This document shows, piece after piece, positions 20,053-33,924 of a stretch of DNA of 64,000 nucleotides. Position numbers and translations under genes: made by a program. This DNA comes from Vicinamibacteria bacterium (GTDB lineage: Bacteria; Acidobacteriota; Vicinamibacteria; Vicinamibacterales; JAENWD01): assembly GCA_963743245.1 (NCBI GenBank), contig CAVUPP010000002.1:32513-96512 (forward strand), written 5' to 3'. The notes under the pieces are model-generated. The model did not search any database. It was not told where the DNA came from and saw nothing but the letters and a program-made list of their open reading frames with translations. Within the stretch, counting starts at the first letter, position 1. Each line of letters starts with the position of its first letter.

Positions 20053-20520
20053 CTACTCGACGTCATGAATCGTGACCAGCCGGGTCAACTCGAAGACCCG
20101 CCGACCCGTCGGCGTGACGACGACGATCTCGTCGCCCTCTTCTTTGCCGACGATGGCGCGGCCGATTGGCGAGGAAGTCGAGATCGTCCCCTTTTCGGCG
20201 TCCGCATCTTCTGGCATCACGAGCTGGTAGACGACGTCCGCGCCGGTGGATTCGCGCAAGTGCACCGTAGAGCCGAACGCCGCTTTGCCCTGCGGAAGCT
20301 TGTCGAGGTTGATGAGCGACACCGTCGCGAAGCGCTGCTGCAGCATCGAGATACGCGCCTGGACGTACGACTGGCGTTCTTTGGCGGCGTGATACTCGGC
20401 GTTCTCACGCAGATCGCCGAGCTCACGCGCTCGCCTGATCTCTTTCGGCAACTCCAGCTTCAACTCTCGATCCAGCGTCGAGATTTCTTCCTGGAGCTTC
20501 CTCAGCAGCCGATCTTTCAT
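20053..20520 (-). CDS. greA: Transcription elongation factor GreA
   Basis: 155 aa. Coiled-coil N-domain with the conserved GDLRENAEYHAAKE motif and a C-terminal FKBP-like domain (ISTSSPIGRAIVGKEEGDEI). Confidence 0.95.
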   Translation of the reverse strand: MKDRLLRKLQEEISTLDRELKLELPKEIRRARELGDLRENAEYHAAKERQSYVQARISMLQQRFATVSLINLDKLPQGKAAFGSTVHLRESTGADVVYQLVMPEDADAEKGTISTSSPIGRAIVGKEEGDEIVVVTPTGRRVFELTRLVTIHDVE

Positions 20521-20627
20521 ACCAACCTGGTGTCGTCCGCCCTTTCGAGCACGACGCGAAATCTGTGCGTCAGACGCGATTTTGTTCGGATTCTAACATA
20601 TCCTTCCAGGGTCCGGACTCCATCTCG

Positions 20628-21456
20628 ATGCCGTCTCCCCGGTCGCCACGCCGCATCAGCAGCCGACAGAACCCGGTCGTGACCCGCATCCGCGAGCTCG
20701 TGCGAGACGGCTCTGCCTCGGCCGCCGTGCTCGAAGGCCGGTCACTCATTCGCGAGGCCGCACGCGCCGGCTGGCCGATCGAGCTCATCGCCGTGACGGA
20801 ACGGACCGCAGAGGATCCCGCCGTGCGCGCGCTGATGAACGATCTGCCCGCAGAGGTCGATCGCGTCATCGCGACCGGTCCCGTCATGGCCGCCATGAGC
20901 CCCGCGCGCACGGCATCGGGCTGCGTCGCGGTGACCGGGATCAGATCCAGCTCGCTCGCCGACGCGATCGCGACCGCCCCTCAGCTCATCGTCTGTGCGG
21001 TGAACGTACAAGATCCCGGCAACCTTGGCGCCATCATCCGTGTCGCCGAAGCAGCGGGTGCCACTGCCATCATTGCGTGCGGAACCTCGGCGGATCCGTT
21101 TGGATGGAAAGCCCTTCGTGGCGCGATGGGCAGTGCGTTTCGACTGCCGGTCGTACCAGATGTGACCAGCGCGTCCGCGCTCGCCGCCACGCGCACGGCC
21201 GGCTGCCGCCTCGTGGCCACGGTCGTCGCCGGTGACGCGCCGGATCGGGTGCCGTTCACTGGTCCGACTGCACTATTCGTCGGTGCCGAGGGGCAGGGCC
21301 TGCCTGAAGAGGTACTGGATCGAATGCGATGCGCGCACCGCCGTGCCGATGACACCGCCTGTTGAATCGCTCAATGTCGCCGTCGCCACCGGGATCATCC
21401 TGTACGAAGCCAGGCGCCAGAGGAATCACGCCCATGCAATCCGAACTGTTCGATGA
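20628..21456 (+). pseudogene. TrmH/SpoU-family RNA 2'-O-methyltransferase, one +1 frame change near the 3' end
   Basis: SpoU motifs VQDPGNLGAIIRVAEAAG and LFVGAEGQGLPEEVLD in the frame of ORF 20565. The C-terminal motif [28 protein letters not shown] is in the frame of ORF 21232. Deleting one a of aa at 21323/21324 joins them. Confidence 0.8.
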
Positions 21457-22789
21457 CGACGAGCCTCGCACGGTGGCGATCGACCTGGCGGCTCCTCTCG
21501 CCGAGCGGATGCGACCGCGCTCCTTCGACGCGATCGTCGGCCAGGACGACGTGCTCGGCCACGGCCGGCCGCTCCGCGAGGCGATCGAGCGCGATCGGTT
21601 GCAGTCGATCATCCTCTGGGGGCCGCCTGGAACCGGCAAGACCACCATCGCCCGCCTGATCGCGGAACGTTCGCGCGCTCGGTTCGTCGCGTTCAGCGCC
21701 GTCCTCGCGGGGATCAAAGACATCAAGGAAGTGATGGCCACGGCCGACGCCGTCCGACGCCGCACGAACCAGCGGACGATCCTCTTCGTGGATGAAATCC
21801 ATCGCTTCAACAAGGCGCAGCAGGATGCGTTCCTCCCCCACGTCGAAACTGGAACCATCGTCCTCGTCGGCGCAACCACCGAGAATCCGTCGTTCGAGGT
21901 GAACGCCGCCCTGTTGTCGCGCTCGCGAGTCTTCGTGCTGCATGGCCTGACCGATGAGGATCTGCTCCTCATCCTGCGTCGCGCGCTGACTGACGCCGAT
22001 CGCGGTCTCGGCAGCCAGGCCCTCGATGTGGACGACGAGGCGCTGGCGCTCATGGTCCGGGCATCCGGCGGCGACGCACGGTCCGCCCTGAACCTGCTGG
22101 AGCTGGCGGCGTCGTCGGCCGCCGAGGACGGCGGCGGGCGCCGGCGGATCGACCGCGCCTTTGCCGAGCAGGCGATCCAGCGGCGGATGTTCCTTTACGA
22201 CAAGACCGGCGAAGAGCACTACAACCTGATCTCCGCGCTGCACAAGTCGATGCGGAATAGCGATCCCGACGCCGCGGTGTACTGGCTCGCGCGGATGCTC
22301 GAAGCTGGTGAGGATCCGCTGTATATCGCTCGTCGGCTGGTCCGCTTCGCCTCCGAAGACGTAGGGAACGCCGATCCGCAGGCGCTCACCGTCGCGGTGG
22401 CTGCCAAAGACGCTGCACATTTCATCGGCATGCCCGAGGGCAACACCGCTCTTGCGCAGGCGGCGATCTACCTGGCGACGGCGCCGAAGAGTAACGCGGT
22501 CTACAAGGCGTACGGCCAGGCGGCCTCGGATGCGCACGAAGGTCCGGCCGCGCCGGTGCCGCTCCATCTGCGCAACGCCCCCACCCGTCTGATGAAGACG
22601 CTCGACTATGGACGCGGCTACCAATACGCGCACGACGAGCAGGAGGCCGTCGCTGACATGACCTGCCTCCCCGATGAGCTCGCGGGACGGCGGTACTACG
22701 AACCGACCGAACGGGGATTCGAGCGAGAGATCAAACGGCGGCTGGACGGGTGGGAGGCGATCAAGAAGCAGCGGCGCGAAAAGACATAG
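21434..22789 (+). CDS. rarA: Replication-associated recombination protein A (AAA+ ATPase)
   Basis: Start at MQSELFDD. Walker [10 protein letters not shown], Walker [11 protein letters not shown], and a MgsA C-terminal region ([35 protein letters not shown]). Confidence 0.93.
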   Translation: MQSELFDDDEPRTVAIDLAAPLAERMRPRSFDAIVGQDDVLGHGRPLREAIERDRLQSIILWGPPGTGKTTIARLIAERSRARFVAFSAVLAGIKDIKEVMATADAVRRRTNQRTILFVDEIHRFNKAQQDAFLPHVETGTIVLVGATTENPSFEVNAALLSRSRVFVLHGLTDEDLLLILRRALTDADRGLGSQALDVDDEALALMVRASGGDARSALNLLELAASSAAEDGGGRRRIDRAFAEQAIQRRMFLYDKTGEEHYNLISALHKSMRNSDPDAAVYWLARMLEAGEDPLYIARRLVRFASEDVGNADPQALTVAVAAKDAAHFIGMPEGNTALAQAAIYLATAPKSNAVYKAYGQAASDAHEGPAAPVPLHLRNAPTRLMKTLDYGRGYQYAHDEQEAVADMTCLPDELAGRRYYEPTERGFEREIKRRLDGWEAIKKQRREKT

Positions 22790-22802
22790 ACGCCGCTGCA
22801 CG

Positions 22803-22844
22803 CGGACTACGGACTACCGGCGACAGACTCCGGGCTTCGCTCGG
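22803..22844. repeat. Heptanucleotide tandem array, single arm (6 units)
   Basis: Units cggacta cggacta ccggcga cagactc cgggctt cgctcgg, lying between the convergent rarA and protease stops. Confidence 0.6.
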
Positions 22845-22845
22845 G

Positions 22846-23829
22846 TTACCGTCCAAGTGCGACTTCGGTATGGGCCACGTCCGTACCGGTGTGCGTCGCG
22901 TCCGTGGGGATCGTGTCGGCCTGCAGCGCCGTAATCTTCCGGAACATCTCATCGCGAATGGGCAGGATGAACGAGAACCGGTAGTCGCCCTGCATCCGGC
23001 CGATCGGAATGCCGACGAGATCGCCGTTCCGATCCAGCACGCCGCCGCCCGAGACGCCAGGGTGGCCGTCGGTCAGACACGTCACCAGACCGTTGGCGGT
23101 TCGCTGGCCCACGTACCCCGTGGACAGGATGATGCCCTTCGAATAGTCGTTCCCCATCCGGAAGATGGGCTCGGCGAATTCGTACGAGAAGCGTGCGTTT
23201 ATCTTGAGCGCCGGAAGATCGACGGGGTCGTTCACCCTCAGGATGGCCCAGTCGCCGCTGTGTACTTCGACGTCCGCGTCGCCGACGTCCACGATCGAGG
23301 CCGGCACTCGCTTGCCTCCCCACGCCAGGCGCACGGATTCGATCTTGCGGGCCGTCTTCGGTTCGTCGGGGTCGTCCGGCAGCGCCATGACGCCGTGCTT
23401 GACAGTGATGAAGTACCCGTTCCCCAGGTACCCGGCAGTGCCGTAGTTCGTCTTCCCACCGTTGTCGAACGCGTACAGCTCCACGAAGCTCTCGCGACGC
23501 TGGCGCAGGAGCTGGACGGGCAGCAACCCCATTTCGTCCTGCAGCTGACGCTTCACCTCGTTGACGAGGAGATCGCGGCCGCGCATGTTCACCGGTGACG
23601 GATCTTCTCCGAGCACTCCCGACGCGCCGACAGCGGCCGGCGTCCGTTCGAACGTCGCGACCGTGCGGTGCAGCTCAGCGCGCAAGGCGTCGATGCGCGC
23701 GTCGCCCTCGGCGTGCTGGCGAACCAGCAGCCGCTCGGCACTGTACTCGCCGAGCGTGTAGAAGATCACCGCGGTCACCGTGATCAGAGCAGCCGTGACA
23801 ATCGTGCGCCGGACGGACAGGACGGACAT
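22846..23829 (-). CDS. Membrane-anchored trypsin-like (S1) serine protease
   Basis: Start MSVLSVRRTIVTAALITVTAVIFY (TM anchor). Candidate triad: His in FITVKHGV, Asp in GDWAILRV, Ser in GHPGVSGGGV. Confidence 0.7.
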   Translation of the reverse strand: MSVLSVRRTIVTAALITVTAVIFYTLGEYSAERLLVRQHAEGDARIDALRAELHRTVATFERTPAAVGASGVLGEDPSPVNMRGRDLLVNEVKRQLQDEMGLLPVQLLRQRRESFVELYAFDNGGKTNYGTAGYLGNGYFITVKHGVMALPDDPDEPKTARKIESVRLAWGGKRVPASIVDVGDADVEVHSGDWAILRVNDPVDLPALKINARFSYEFAEPIFRMGNDYSKGIILSTGYVGQRTANGLVTCLTDGHPGVSGGGVLDRNGDLVGIPIGRMQGDYRFSFILPIRDEMFRKITALQADTIPTDATHTGTDVAHTEVALGR

Positions 23830-24036
23830 CGAAGTCTCCGCAGTCTCTTGGTCACCAGGCACCGGGCGAGGCCAGAACGCGACACATCGCCTGGAGCGAG
23901 CGTTACTGGTCGTATCGGAGGATGTCAGGTCCGGACTTGACGGGGCAGAACGACCGGTCGCCGGGCACACGCACACGGTGCACGAAACGGCACGGAGGAA
24001 CGGCCTGACGCCGGCAGACATCAGATCCGCGTACAC

Positions 24037-25789
24037 TCAGATCCGCTGAAAGTTCTTCTCTACCTCTCGTTTAGTGATGCGCAGCATGACGGGCCGGCCG
24101 TGGGGACAAACGGTCGAATACGCCGTGGCGCGCAATTCTTCGAGGATGTGTACCATCTTCTCATAGGTTAGTGAATAATTCGCCTTCACCGCTGCATGAC
24201 AAGCGATGGTCGCGGCGATTCTTTTGATCGCATCGTCCACGCGCGAGCCGCGATCGAAGCCCTCGAGATCCTGTGCAAGCGCCCGAACGGCTTCGGATGC
24301 GGACTCACGGCCGAGCAGTACCCGGAACGCTACCAACGCGGACCGCATCGCCGCCGAACTCTTCCACCTCAAATCCTAAACGGTCGAGGTCGCCGGCATG
24401 GGAGACCAATGCCTGCCGTGCGTCCGACGACACCTCAATCAGCAGCGGTTCGAGCAGACGCTGGCTTTCGAGGCGGCCCGACGAGAGCCGCTCCATCGTC
24501 CGCTCGAACAGGATGCGCTCGTGTGCGACGTGCTGGTCGATGATGGCGATGCCGTCTTCGTCCACCGCAATGATGAACGTGTCGCGGAATTGTCCGAGCG
24601 GAATCATCGGACGCGCATCGGGAACGGCTGAGGCTGCGGACGCAAACGCCGGGGCCGCCGGGTCGGGAATCGGGACGATCGGCCGCGGCGTCGATTCGGG
24701 CGCCCATCTCGTCGGTATGACGGTCGTCGCCCATACGCCGGGCAACGATGACTGTCCGGGTTCCGTCAGTGCCGCGACGGGCGCCGTCAGGGTCAACAGT
24801 GGCGCCGGTCCCCGGCCGAGCGCGTCCGCCACAGCCCGCCGCACCACTTCGTGCATCAGCGACTGCTCACGGAATCGGACTTCCGCCTTGGTGGGATGGA
24901 CGTTGACGTCCACCGCGTCGCGCGGCATCTCGATGAAGAGATGCACCTCCGGGCTGCGCTCCTTGATCGACGCCACGCTGTAGGCGTCACCGATGGCGTG
25001 CGCGATCGTCCGATCGCGCACGAGGCGGCCGTTCACGAATACATTCTGCGGCCCCCGGCGAGGCCCCTGCTCGGCCAACGCGGCCACGAAACCGGTGACG
25101 CGAATGCCGGCTGCGTCTTTGGACACGGATACCAGTGAATCGGGATCGCCGTAGAGCTGATACAGGCGCTCTGCGGTATCGCGCGCCGGCGGCACGTCGA
25201 GCAGCCGGCGGCCGGCGCTCGTCAGCGTGAAGCCCACCCCCGGTGCGCTCAGGGCCAGCTGCGTCAACATCCGAGACGCGTGCGTCGTCTCCGCCTGGTC
25301 GGACTTGAGGAACTTCCTTCGAGCGGGCAAGTTGTAAAAGAGATCCTCGACGTCGATCCGGGTGCCTTCGGGAACGCCCGCCTCTGTGACCGCGCCAATC
25401 ACACCTGCGTTGATCCGGATCTCGGTGCCCGTGATCTCTCCACGGGCACGCGTCCGGAGCGTGAAGTGTGCGACCGACGCGATGCTCGGAAGGGCCTCCC
25501 CCCGGAATCCCAGCGTAGCAATCGACGCGAGATCCTCGGCACGGCGGATCTTGCTCGTGGCGTGGCGCTCCACGGCCAGCCGCGCATCCTCCGCCGTCAT
25601 CCCTTCCCCATCGTCCTCGACCCGAACCAGGCGCTTGCCGCCAAACTCGAGCGACACCACGATCCGGCGCGCTCCCGCATCGAGCGCGTTCTCGACCAGC
25701 TCCTTGACGACCGAGGCGGGGCGCTCGACAACCTCACCCGCCGCGATCTGATTGGCGAGCTCGGGCGGCAGGCGGACGATTCGTGCCAT
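24037..25789 (-). pseudogene. mutL: DNA mismatch repair endonuclease MutL, one +1 frame change near the 3' end
   Basis: N-terminal GHKL ATPase (IAAGEVVERPASVVKELVENALDAG), endonuclease motif DQHVAHERILFE, then ...EEFGGDAVRVGSVP. The remaining 100 aa (VLLGRESASEAVRAL...STVCPHGRPVMLRI) are in the frame of ORF 24037..24372. Deleting one c of ccc at 24321-24323 joins them. Confidence 0.88.
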
Positions 25790-26757
25790 CAGATGCGTCG
25801 CAGGCGGCCGAGGACCACGAAAATCACGCCCACGAAGAGCGCGGCGCCCGCGAGAATCCACCAGAACAGCGCGGGATCGCCGTCGCCGTTGACGCCGGGC
25901 AGCTTGACGTTCATCCCATAGAGACCGCCCAGCACCGTGAAGGGCACCGCAATGGTGGTGATGTAGGTCAGCACCTTCATCACTTCGTTCAGCCGGTTGG
26001 ACTGGTTCGACAGGTGGGCGTCCAGGATGCTCGTCACCCTGTCCTGATAGATAAGGGCTTCGTCGCTCAGGCGGACCAGATGATCGTAGACGTCGCGAAA
26101 GCGATACGCCATCTCGTCGGTGATGATGTTGAACTCGCGCCGCGCGAGGCGCGCGATGACGTCGCGTTGGGGCAGTACCACGCGCCGGAGTGCGGTGATA
26201 TCGCGCTTGAGGCCCAGGATCTCTCTGATCAGATTGTTGCGGGGCCTTTCGAAAACGTCGTTTTCGAGCTTGTCCAGCCGGTCTTCGAGGCGCTCGACCT
26301 CCGGACGATAGTGATCGACCATCGCGTCCACGATGCGATGCATCAGGGCGACGGGGCCCTCGGCGAGGATGTGGTCGTTCGCCGCGCACACCGAATGGAG
26401 CTCTTCGAGCGTCCGCGTCTGCCCGTCGTGCACGGTGACGAGGTAATTGGGGCCGAGAAAGAAGTCGGTATCGTGCGTCGCGAAATGGTGCTGGCTGGCC
26501 TTGAAGTCGATCCCGTGCAGGATCACGTAGAGATAGCCGCCGTAGCTTTCGATCTTGGGGTAATGCAGCTCGGCGCGGGCGTCTTCGAGCGCCAGGCTGT
26601 GGAAGTGGAAGACGTCAGCGAGAACGCGAAACTCCTCGTCCGTGGGCGCCGCCAGATCGAGCCAGCACACCACTCCGCTCGACGGGTCGAGCCAGGCGGG
26701 ATCGACGGCGGATGCCGTTTCGGTGTCGCCGTTGCGGTGGACGAAGAGGGAAACCAC
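25789..26757 (-). CDS. corA: Magnesium/cobalt transporter CorA
   Basis: 322 aa with a GTG start. Two C-terminal TM helices flank the YGMNV (GMN) motif. Its stop shares one base with the mutL start (TGATG). Confidence 0.9.
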   Translation of the reverse strand: MVSLFVHRNGDTETASAVDPAWLDPSSGVVCWLDLAAPTDEEFRVLADVFHFHSLALEDARAELHYPKIESYGGYLYVILHGIDFKASQHHFATHDTDFFLGPNYLVTVHDGQTRTLEELHSVCAANDHILAEGPVALMHRIVDAMVDHYRPEVERLEDRLDKLENDVFERPRNNLIREILGLKRDITALRRVVLPQRDVIARLARREFNIITDEMAYRFRDVYDHLVRLSDEALIYQDRVTSILDAHLSNQSNRLNEVMKVLTYITTIAVPFTVLGGLYGMNVKLPGVNGDGDPALFWWILAGAALFVGVIFVVLGRLRRI

Positions 26758-26760
26758 AGT

Positions 26761-26837
26761 GGGTTTTGGGCGTTGGGCTCTGGGCTTTGGGACTCTGGCC
26801 TGCCGAAAGCCTAAAGCCCAAAGCCCAAGAGCCTGTG
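26761..26837. repeat. Heptanucleotide array hairpin (11 in-phase units)
   Basis: Units gggtttt gggcgtt gggctct gggcttt gggactc tggcctg ccgaaag cctaaag cccaaag cccaaga gcctgtg. The arms gggctctgggctttggg and cccaaagcccaagagcc are complementary. It fills the ppdK-stop to corA-start gap. Confidence 0.85.
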
Positions 26838-26839
26838 TC

Positions 26840-29653
<2,814 letters not shown>

Positions 29654-29657
29654 ATGT

Positions 29658-31886
29658 CTACGACTCCGTCTGAGGAACAATCTCGGATATGTCTGCGAGC
29701 GTGAGAATGAGACGCGCGAGCTGCTTCACGAGACGCAGGCGCGCGCGGCGTAACGTCTGGTCGTCGGCCATCACGAAGACGTCCGTGAAGAACCGATCGA
29801 CCGCGGGACCGAATCCGGCGGCTTCCGCGAACGCACGGCGGTATCCGTCGCCCGACGCGAGCACGCTTTCGATAATCGGCCGCCGGGCACGGAGCTCTGC
29901 GAGCAGCGCGAGCTCGGCAGGCTCGGTCAGCACCTGCTCGAGAGCGGGACCCTCGGTCTCGGCAGCGGCATAGGCCTCGTCCGGCAGCTCCTTCGCGATG
30001 TTCTTGACGCGCTTGAACGCGACGGCCAGCTGTGTGAATTCCTTCGTGCCTGAGAATTCGGGTAGCACGTCGAGCATCCGGCGCGCTGTCAACGGACTCA
30101 GGTGGCTCGCGTCCGGCGCGGCCTGCAACACGGCCCGCACGTTCCTGACGTCATAGCCCCGTTGGCTCAGCACGTACTCCAGCCGCTCGCGGAGGAACTC
30201 CTGGAGCGGCGCGCCGCCGTCCGACGGGAACGCGCGTGCGGCTTCCGCGACCAGCGCGCCCAGTGAGAGGCGCGTCGTGAGTCCGGTCAGCTCGGGAAGA
30301 TCCACGAGGATCTTGAAGATCCCGTGCGCCTGCCGCCGCAGTGCGTACGGATCTCGCGAGCCTGTTGGGCGCTCCCCTGTTGCAAACAGCCCGACGAGCG
30401 TATCGAGCTTGTCGGCCAGCGAGACCGCCGCCCACGTGACGGCGGCGGCGCCAAGGGTTTCGCGCGTGGGCGGCGCGTCGGCGTCCACGGACGCGGGCAG
30501 GTAGTGGTAGTAGATCGCCTTCCAGACTTCGTCCGGCTGGCCTTCGGCGCGTGCGTAGATACCACCCATGGTGCCCTGGAGCTCGGTGAACTCCTGCACC
30601 ATCTCTGTCACGAGATCGGTCTTCGCCAGTCGCCCCGCCAGCGCCGCGTGATCGCCGGCCGCCGCGACGCCAAACGCGTCCACGGCCAGCCACCGGGCCA
30701 ACCGCTCGACACGCTCGGCCTTCTGACGGTAGCTGCCGAGCGCCTTGTGAAACAGGATCGTATCGAGCCGTCCGATCCGATCGGCGAGCGGTGTCTTTCG
30801 ATCCGCGTTCCAGAAGAAACGCGCATCGCGCAGGCGGGCCGTCAGCACGCGCTCGCCATTGCGGCTGATCAGCTCCGGACGCTCGACCTCGACGTTCGTC
30901 ACCGCCAGGAACGCAGGCTTCAGCTTGCCGGCTTCGTCGGTCACCGGAAACCAGTGCTGATGATGAATCATCGTCGTCGTCAGCACTTCTTCGGGGAGGT
31001 CGAGGAACTCGGCGGCAAACGTGCCTGCGACGACCGTCGGATATTCCACGAGGTCCGGCACTTCCTCGAGCAGGCTGCTCTGATGTGCCGCCGTCTTGTG
31101 GACCCTGCCGCCGAGCCTCCTCGCGTGGAGGTCGAGCTCACGAACGATCTTCTCGCGGCGTTCTTCCCGATCGAGAATCACGAAGTGCTCGTGCAGCCGC
31201 GCACGATAGTCGTCGAACGTCTTCACCTTGACCGCGCGACCCGCGCGTCCGCTCGTCGTCAGGAACCGGTGGCCATAGGTGACCGGCCCGGATCGGACGT
31301 CCTGCACGAGCGGTCCCGCGGCCAACTCGGTGCGGCGGATCTCGTAAGGCACGACCCGGCCGCCGTACAGGAACAGCAGCCAGCGAATCGGCCGGCCGAA
31401 GGTCAGCTCGCCCTTGCCGTCGTCGAGACACGCATCCCAGTGCATCTGCTTCGGGAAGGCGAGGCCCCGCAGGATTCCGGTCATCACGTCGGGTAGCGCG
31501 TCCACGGCGGCCCGGCCGCGCTGGCGCTTCCGGAACGCGAGGTATGTGCCTTTCGGCGTCTCGACGCGCTCGAGATCCGCGACCTCGACTCCGTTCTTCC
31601 TGGCGAAACCAATCGCCGCCTGCGTCGGTTGTCCATCCGGACCCGTGGCGGCGCTGACGGGGGGACCGTTGATGAGCTCCTCGAGATCCGACTGACGTTC
31701 GGCCACGCGCGCCACCCGTACGGTGAGGCGCCGCGGCGTTGCGTAGCCCTCGGCCTGCACGCCCGCGCCCAGCCGCTGGATCTTCAGCTGCGCGTCGGTC
31801 ACGTCGACGAGCTGCCGCGTCAGCGGCGGCAACCAGCTCGCCGGCAATTCTTCGAGGCCGAGTTCGATCAGTAGCTCGCGGTCCAT
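29658..31886 (-). CDS. glyS: Glycine--tRNA ligase beta subunit
   Basis: 742 aa. N-terminus MDRELLIELGLEELPASW is typical of GlyS. Lies directly downstream of glyQ. Confidence 0.92.
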   Translation of the reverse strand: MDRELLIELGLEELPASWLPPLTRQLVDVTDAQLKIQRLGAGVQAEGYATPRRLTVRVARVAERQSDLEELINGPPVSAATGPDGQPTQAAIGFARKNGVEVADLERVETPKGTYLAFRKRQRGRAAVDALPDVMTGILRGLAFPKQMHWDACLDDGKGELTFGRPIRWLLFLYGGRVVPYEIRRTELAAGPLVQDVRSGPVTYGHRFLTTSGRAGRAVKVKTFDDYRARLHEHFVILDREERREKIVRELDLHARRLGGRVHKTAAHQSSLLEEVPDLVEYPTVVAGTFAAEFLDLPEEVLTTTMIHHQHWFPVTDEAGKLKPAFLAVTNVEVERPELISRNGERVLTARLRDARFFWNADRKTPLADRIGRLDTILFHKALGSYRQKAERVERLARWLAVDAFGVAAAGDHAALAGRLAKTDLVTEMVQEFTELQGTMGGIYARAEGQPDEVWKAIYYHYLPASVDADAPPTRETLGAAAVTWAAVSLADKLDTLVGLFATGERPTGSRDPYALRRQAHGIFKILVDLPELTGLTTRLSLGALVAEAARAFPSDGGAPLQEFLRERLEYVLSQRGYDVRNVRAVLQAAPDASHLSPLTARRMLDVLPEFSGTKEFTQLAVAFKRVKNIAKELPDEAYAAAETEGPALEQVLTEPAELALLAELRARRPIIESVLASGDGYRRAFAEAAGFGPAVDRFFTDVFVMADDQTLRRARLRLVKQLARLILTLADISEIVPQTES

Positions 31887-31887
31887 T

Positions 31888-31978
31888 CAGGCTTCAGGCA
31901 ACAGGCTTCGGACTACAGGCCGCGTGTGGCTGCAAGCCCGATCCGGCCCGCAGCCTGCAGCCTGACGCCAGCAGCCTA
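31888..31978. repeat. Heptanucleotide array hairpin (13 in-phase units)
   Basis: Units caggctt caggcaa caggctt cggacta caggccg cgtgtgg ctgcaag cccgatc cggcccg cagcctg cagcctg acgccag cagccta. It fills the whole glyQ-stop to glyS-start gap. Confidence 0.85.
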
Positions 31979-32855
31979 TGTGGTCTTCTCCACCGTCGTC
32001 AGTCCCTCCACATACGCCTTCGCAATGGCGACCGCGCGCTGACGCACGCGGAGGATGTATGCGGTCCGTTCGGTCACACCCACACTGCCGCTCGCATCCA
32101 GGATGTTGAACAGGTGCGAACACTTGAGACATTCTTCGAGGGCCGGCCAGACAAGGCCCGGACGCGAGAAGGACGCCGCAGAAAGCGTAGTGCCGTTCGA
32201 ACAGGTCGCGATGGTGCGCGGCAAAGGCTTCGCGCGGCATGTCCACCTGGCCGAACACGTACTTCGATTGTTCGATCTCTTCGCGGAGCCGGACCTCGCG
32301 ATACTTCACGCCGGGAGCCCACTCGAGGTCGTACACGTTCTCGACCCGCTGCAGCGCCATCGCGATCCGTTCGAGGCCGTACGTGATCTCGCATGCGATC
32401 GGCGCCAGGTCGATGCCGCCCACCTGCTGGAAGTAGGTGAACTGCGTGATTTCGAGGCCGTCGAAGAGCACTTGCCAGCCGATCCCCCAGGCGCCCAGCG
32501 TCGGTGACTCCCAGTTGTCTTCCTCGAACCGGATGTCGTGCTGACGTGGATTGATGCCGCAGGCCTCCAGACTCTGCAGATACAGGTGCTGCACTTCGTC
32601 TGGCGATGGCTTCAGGATCACCTGGAACTGATGGTGCTTGAACAGCCGGTTCGGATTCTCGCCAAACCGTCCATCGTCGGGGCGACGGGACGGCTGGACG
32701 TAGGCGACGCTCCACGGCTGAGGACCGAGCACGCGGAGCAGCGTCTCAGGGTGCGACGTGCCCGCACCAACCTCCAGATCCAAGGGCTGCTGCAGCAGAC
32801 ATCCCTGCGACGCCCAGAACTGGGAAAGCTTGAAGATGAGATCCTGGAAGGTCAA
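31976..32855 (-). pseudogene. glyQ: Glycine--tRNA ligase alpha subunit, one +1 frame change
   Basis: TTG start overlaps the recO stop (TTGA). Strongly conserved GlyQ sequence ([18 protein letters not shown]...[19 protein letters not shown]...[17 protein letters not shown]...[10 protein letters not shown]) runs up to ...LFERHYA. The C-terminus ([47 protein letters not shown]...) is in the frame of ORF 31976..32224. Deleting one a of aaa at 32182-32184 joins them. Confidence 0.9.
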
Positions 32856-33640
32856 CGCCTCGAATCCGCTGCGCGCGCGGGACCGCCGGCCAACCGCCGG
32901 AAGTCGCGCAGTACGCGCGTTGATTTCAACTCGCGCTCGAGGTGCCGGTCCATGAGCGTGCGATGAACCGCCTCGAGCTCTGCGAGCGCCGTGCCTGCGA
33001 CCGTCAGACCGTCGACGGCCGAGGGCGGCACTCGTCGGGCCGCACGAAGGAACGCGAGCGCCGCAGGCGACAACCGATCGCGTGGTGCCCGCTGATCTCC
33101 GCAATCAGCACAACTGAATGTATCGCCACCCGCACCCAGCCACGCACCGCCCGCGTCCTCGAGGTTCCGGCCGCAGCGACCGCACACGGTCGCCGACGGG
33201 TACACGCCCTGAAGGCGGAGAATCCAGAACTCGAAGTAGCGCGCCAGCGGCTCGACCGACCCACCTGCCGCAAGCGCCTCGACCAGCGAGGCTCCCAACC
33301 GATAGAGCCGCTCGTTCGGATCGTTCTCTTGCGCCCACTGATCGAGCAGCTCCGCGAAGTACCCGACATGCCCCAGCGCTTCCGGCTTTGCGGACAGCGG
33401 GGAGCAGGCAGGCTCGGCGTAGTTCATCCCGACGAGCTCGCGATGCTCCTTCTCGAAATACGCCACGCGAACGCGCGTGAGGGGCTCGAGCGCACCGACG
33501 AACTTCGACCGCGGCCGGCGGGCTCCCTTCGCGACGCCCCGCTTCTTGCCGCGGTCCTCCGTCAGGAAGACCACTATCCGGTCCGACTCACCGAGCTTGT
33601 ACGTGCGGAGGACCAGCGCATCGGCCGTGTACAACGGCAT
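32852..33640 (-). CDS. recO: DNA repair protein RecO
   Basis: 262 aa. N-terminal OB-fold pattern ([37 protein letters not shown]) and a zinc-finger CGRCGRNL...CADCG. Confidence 0.88.
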   Translation of the reverse strand: MPLYTADALVLRTYKLGESDRIVVFLTEDRGKKRGVAKGARRPRSKFVGALEPLTRVRVAYFEKEHRELVGMNYAEPACSPLSAKPEALGHVGYFAELLDQWAQENDPNERLYRLGASLVEALAAGGSVEPLARYFEFWILRLQGVYPSATVCGRCGRNLEDAGGAWLGAGGDTFSCADCGDQRAPRDRLSPAALAFLRAARRVPPSAVDGLTVAGTALAELEAVHRTLMDRHLERELKSTRVLRDFRRLAGGPARAADSRR

Positions 33641-33924
33641 CGCGGCCTCTTATCTTATCCCAGCGGTGCCCGCGCGGCCTGTCTGACCTCTTGCCCGCTC
33701 ACCGCCGGCAGGCAAAACCTATCAACGGTAACACAAGCGTACCGACGAATCCTCGTCGCCCGCCGTCGGGCGTGAGACGCTGATGGACGTGACCACGGCT
33801 GGTCGATCCCGGCGGATCGCACCTCGTTTGCGTCGCCTGCGCGGTCTGTGCGCTGGCCTGGGCTCCGCCGGCAGCCACCTCAGACCGGGACTGGATCGAC
33901 CGCCTGAGCGCCGCAGGCTCGACG

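Noticed and set aside
18379-20682. 767-aa plus-strand ORF
   Set aside because: It is antisense to the patatin-like gene and greA and has R/A/G/P/H-rich low-information composition. It is a typical GC-rich stop-free antisense frame. greA on the other strand is unmistakable.
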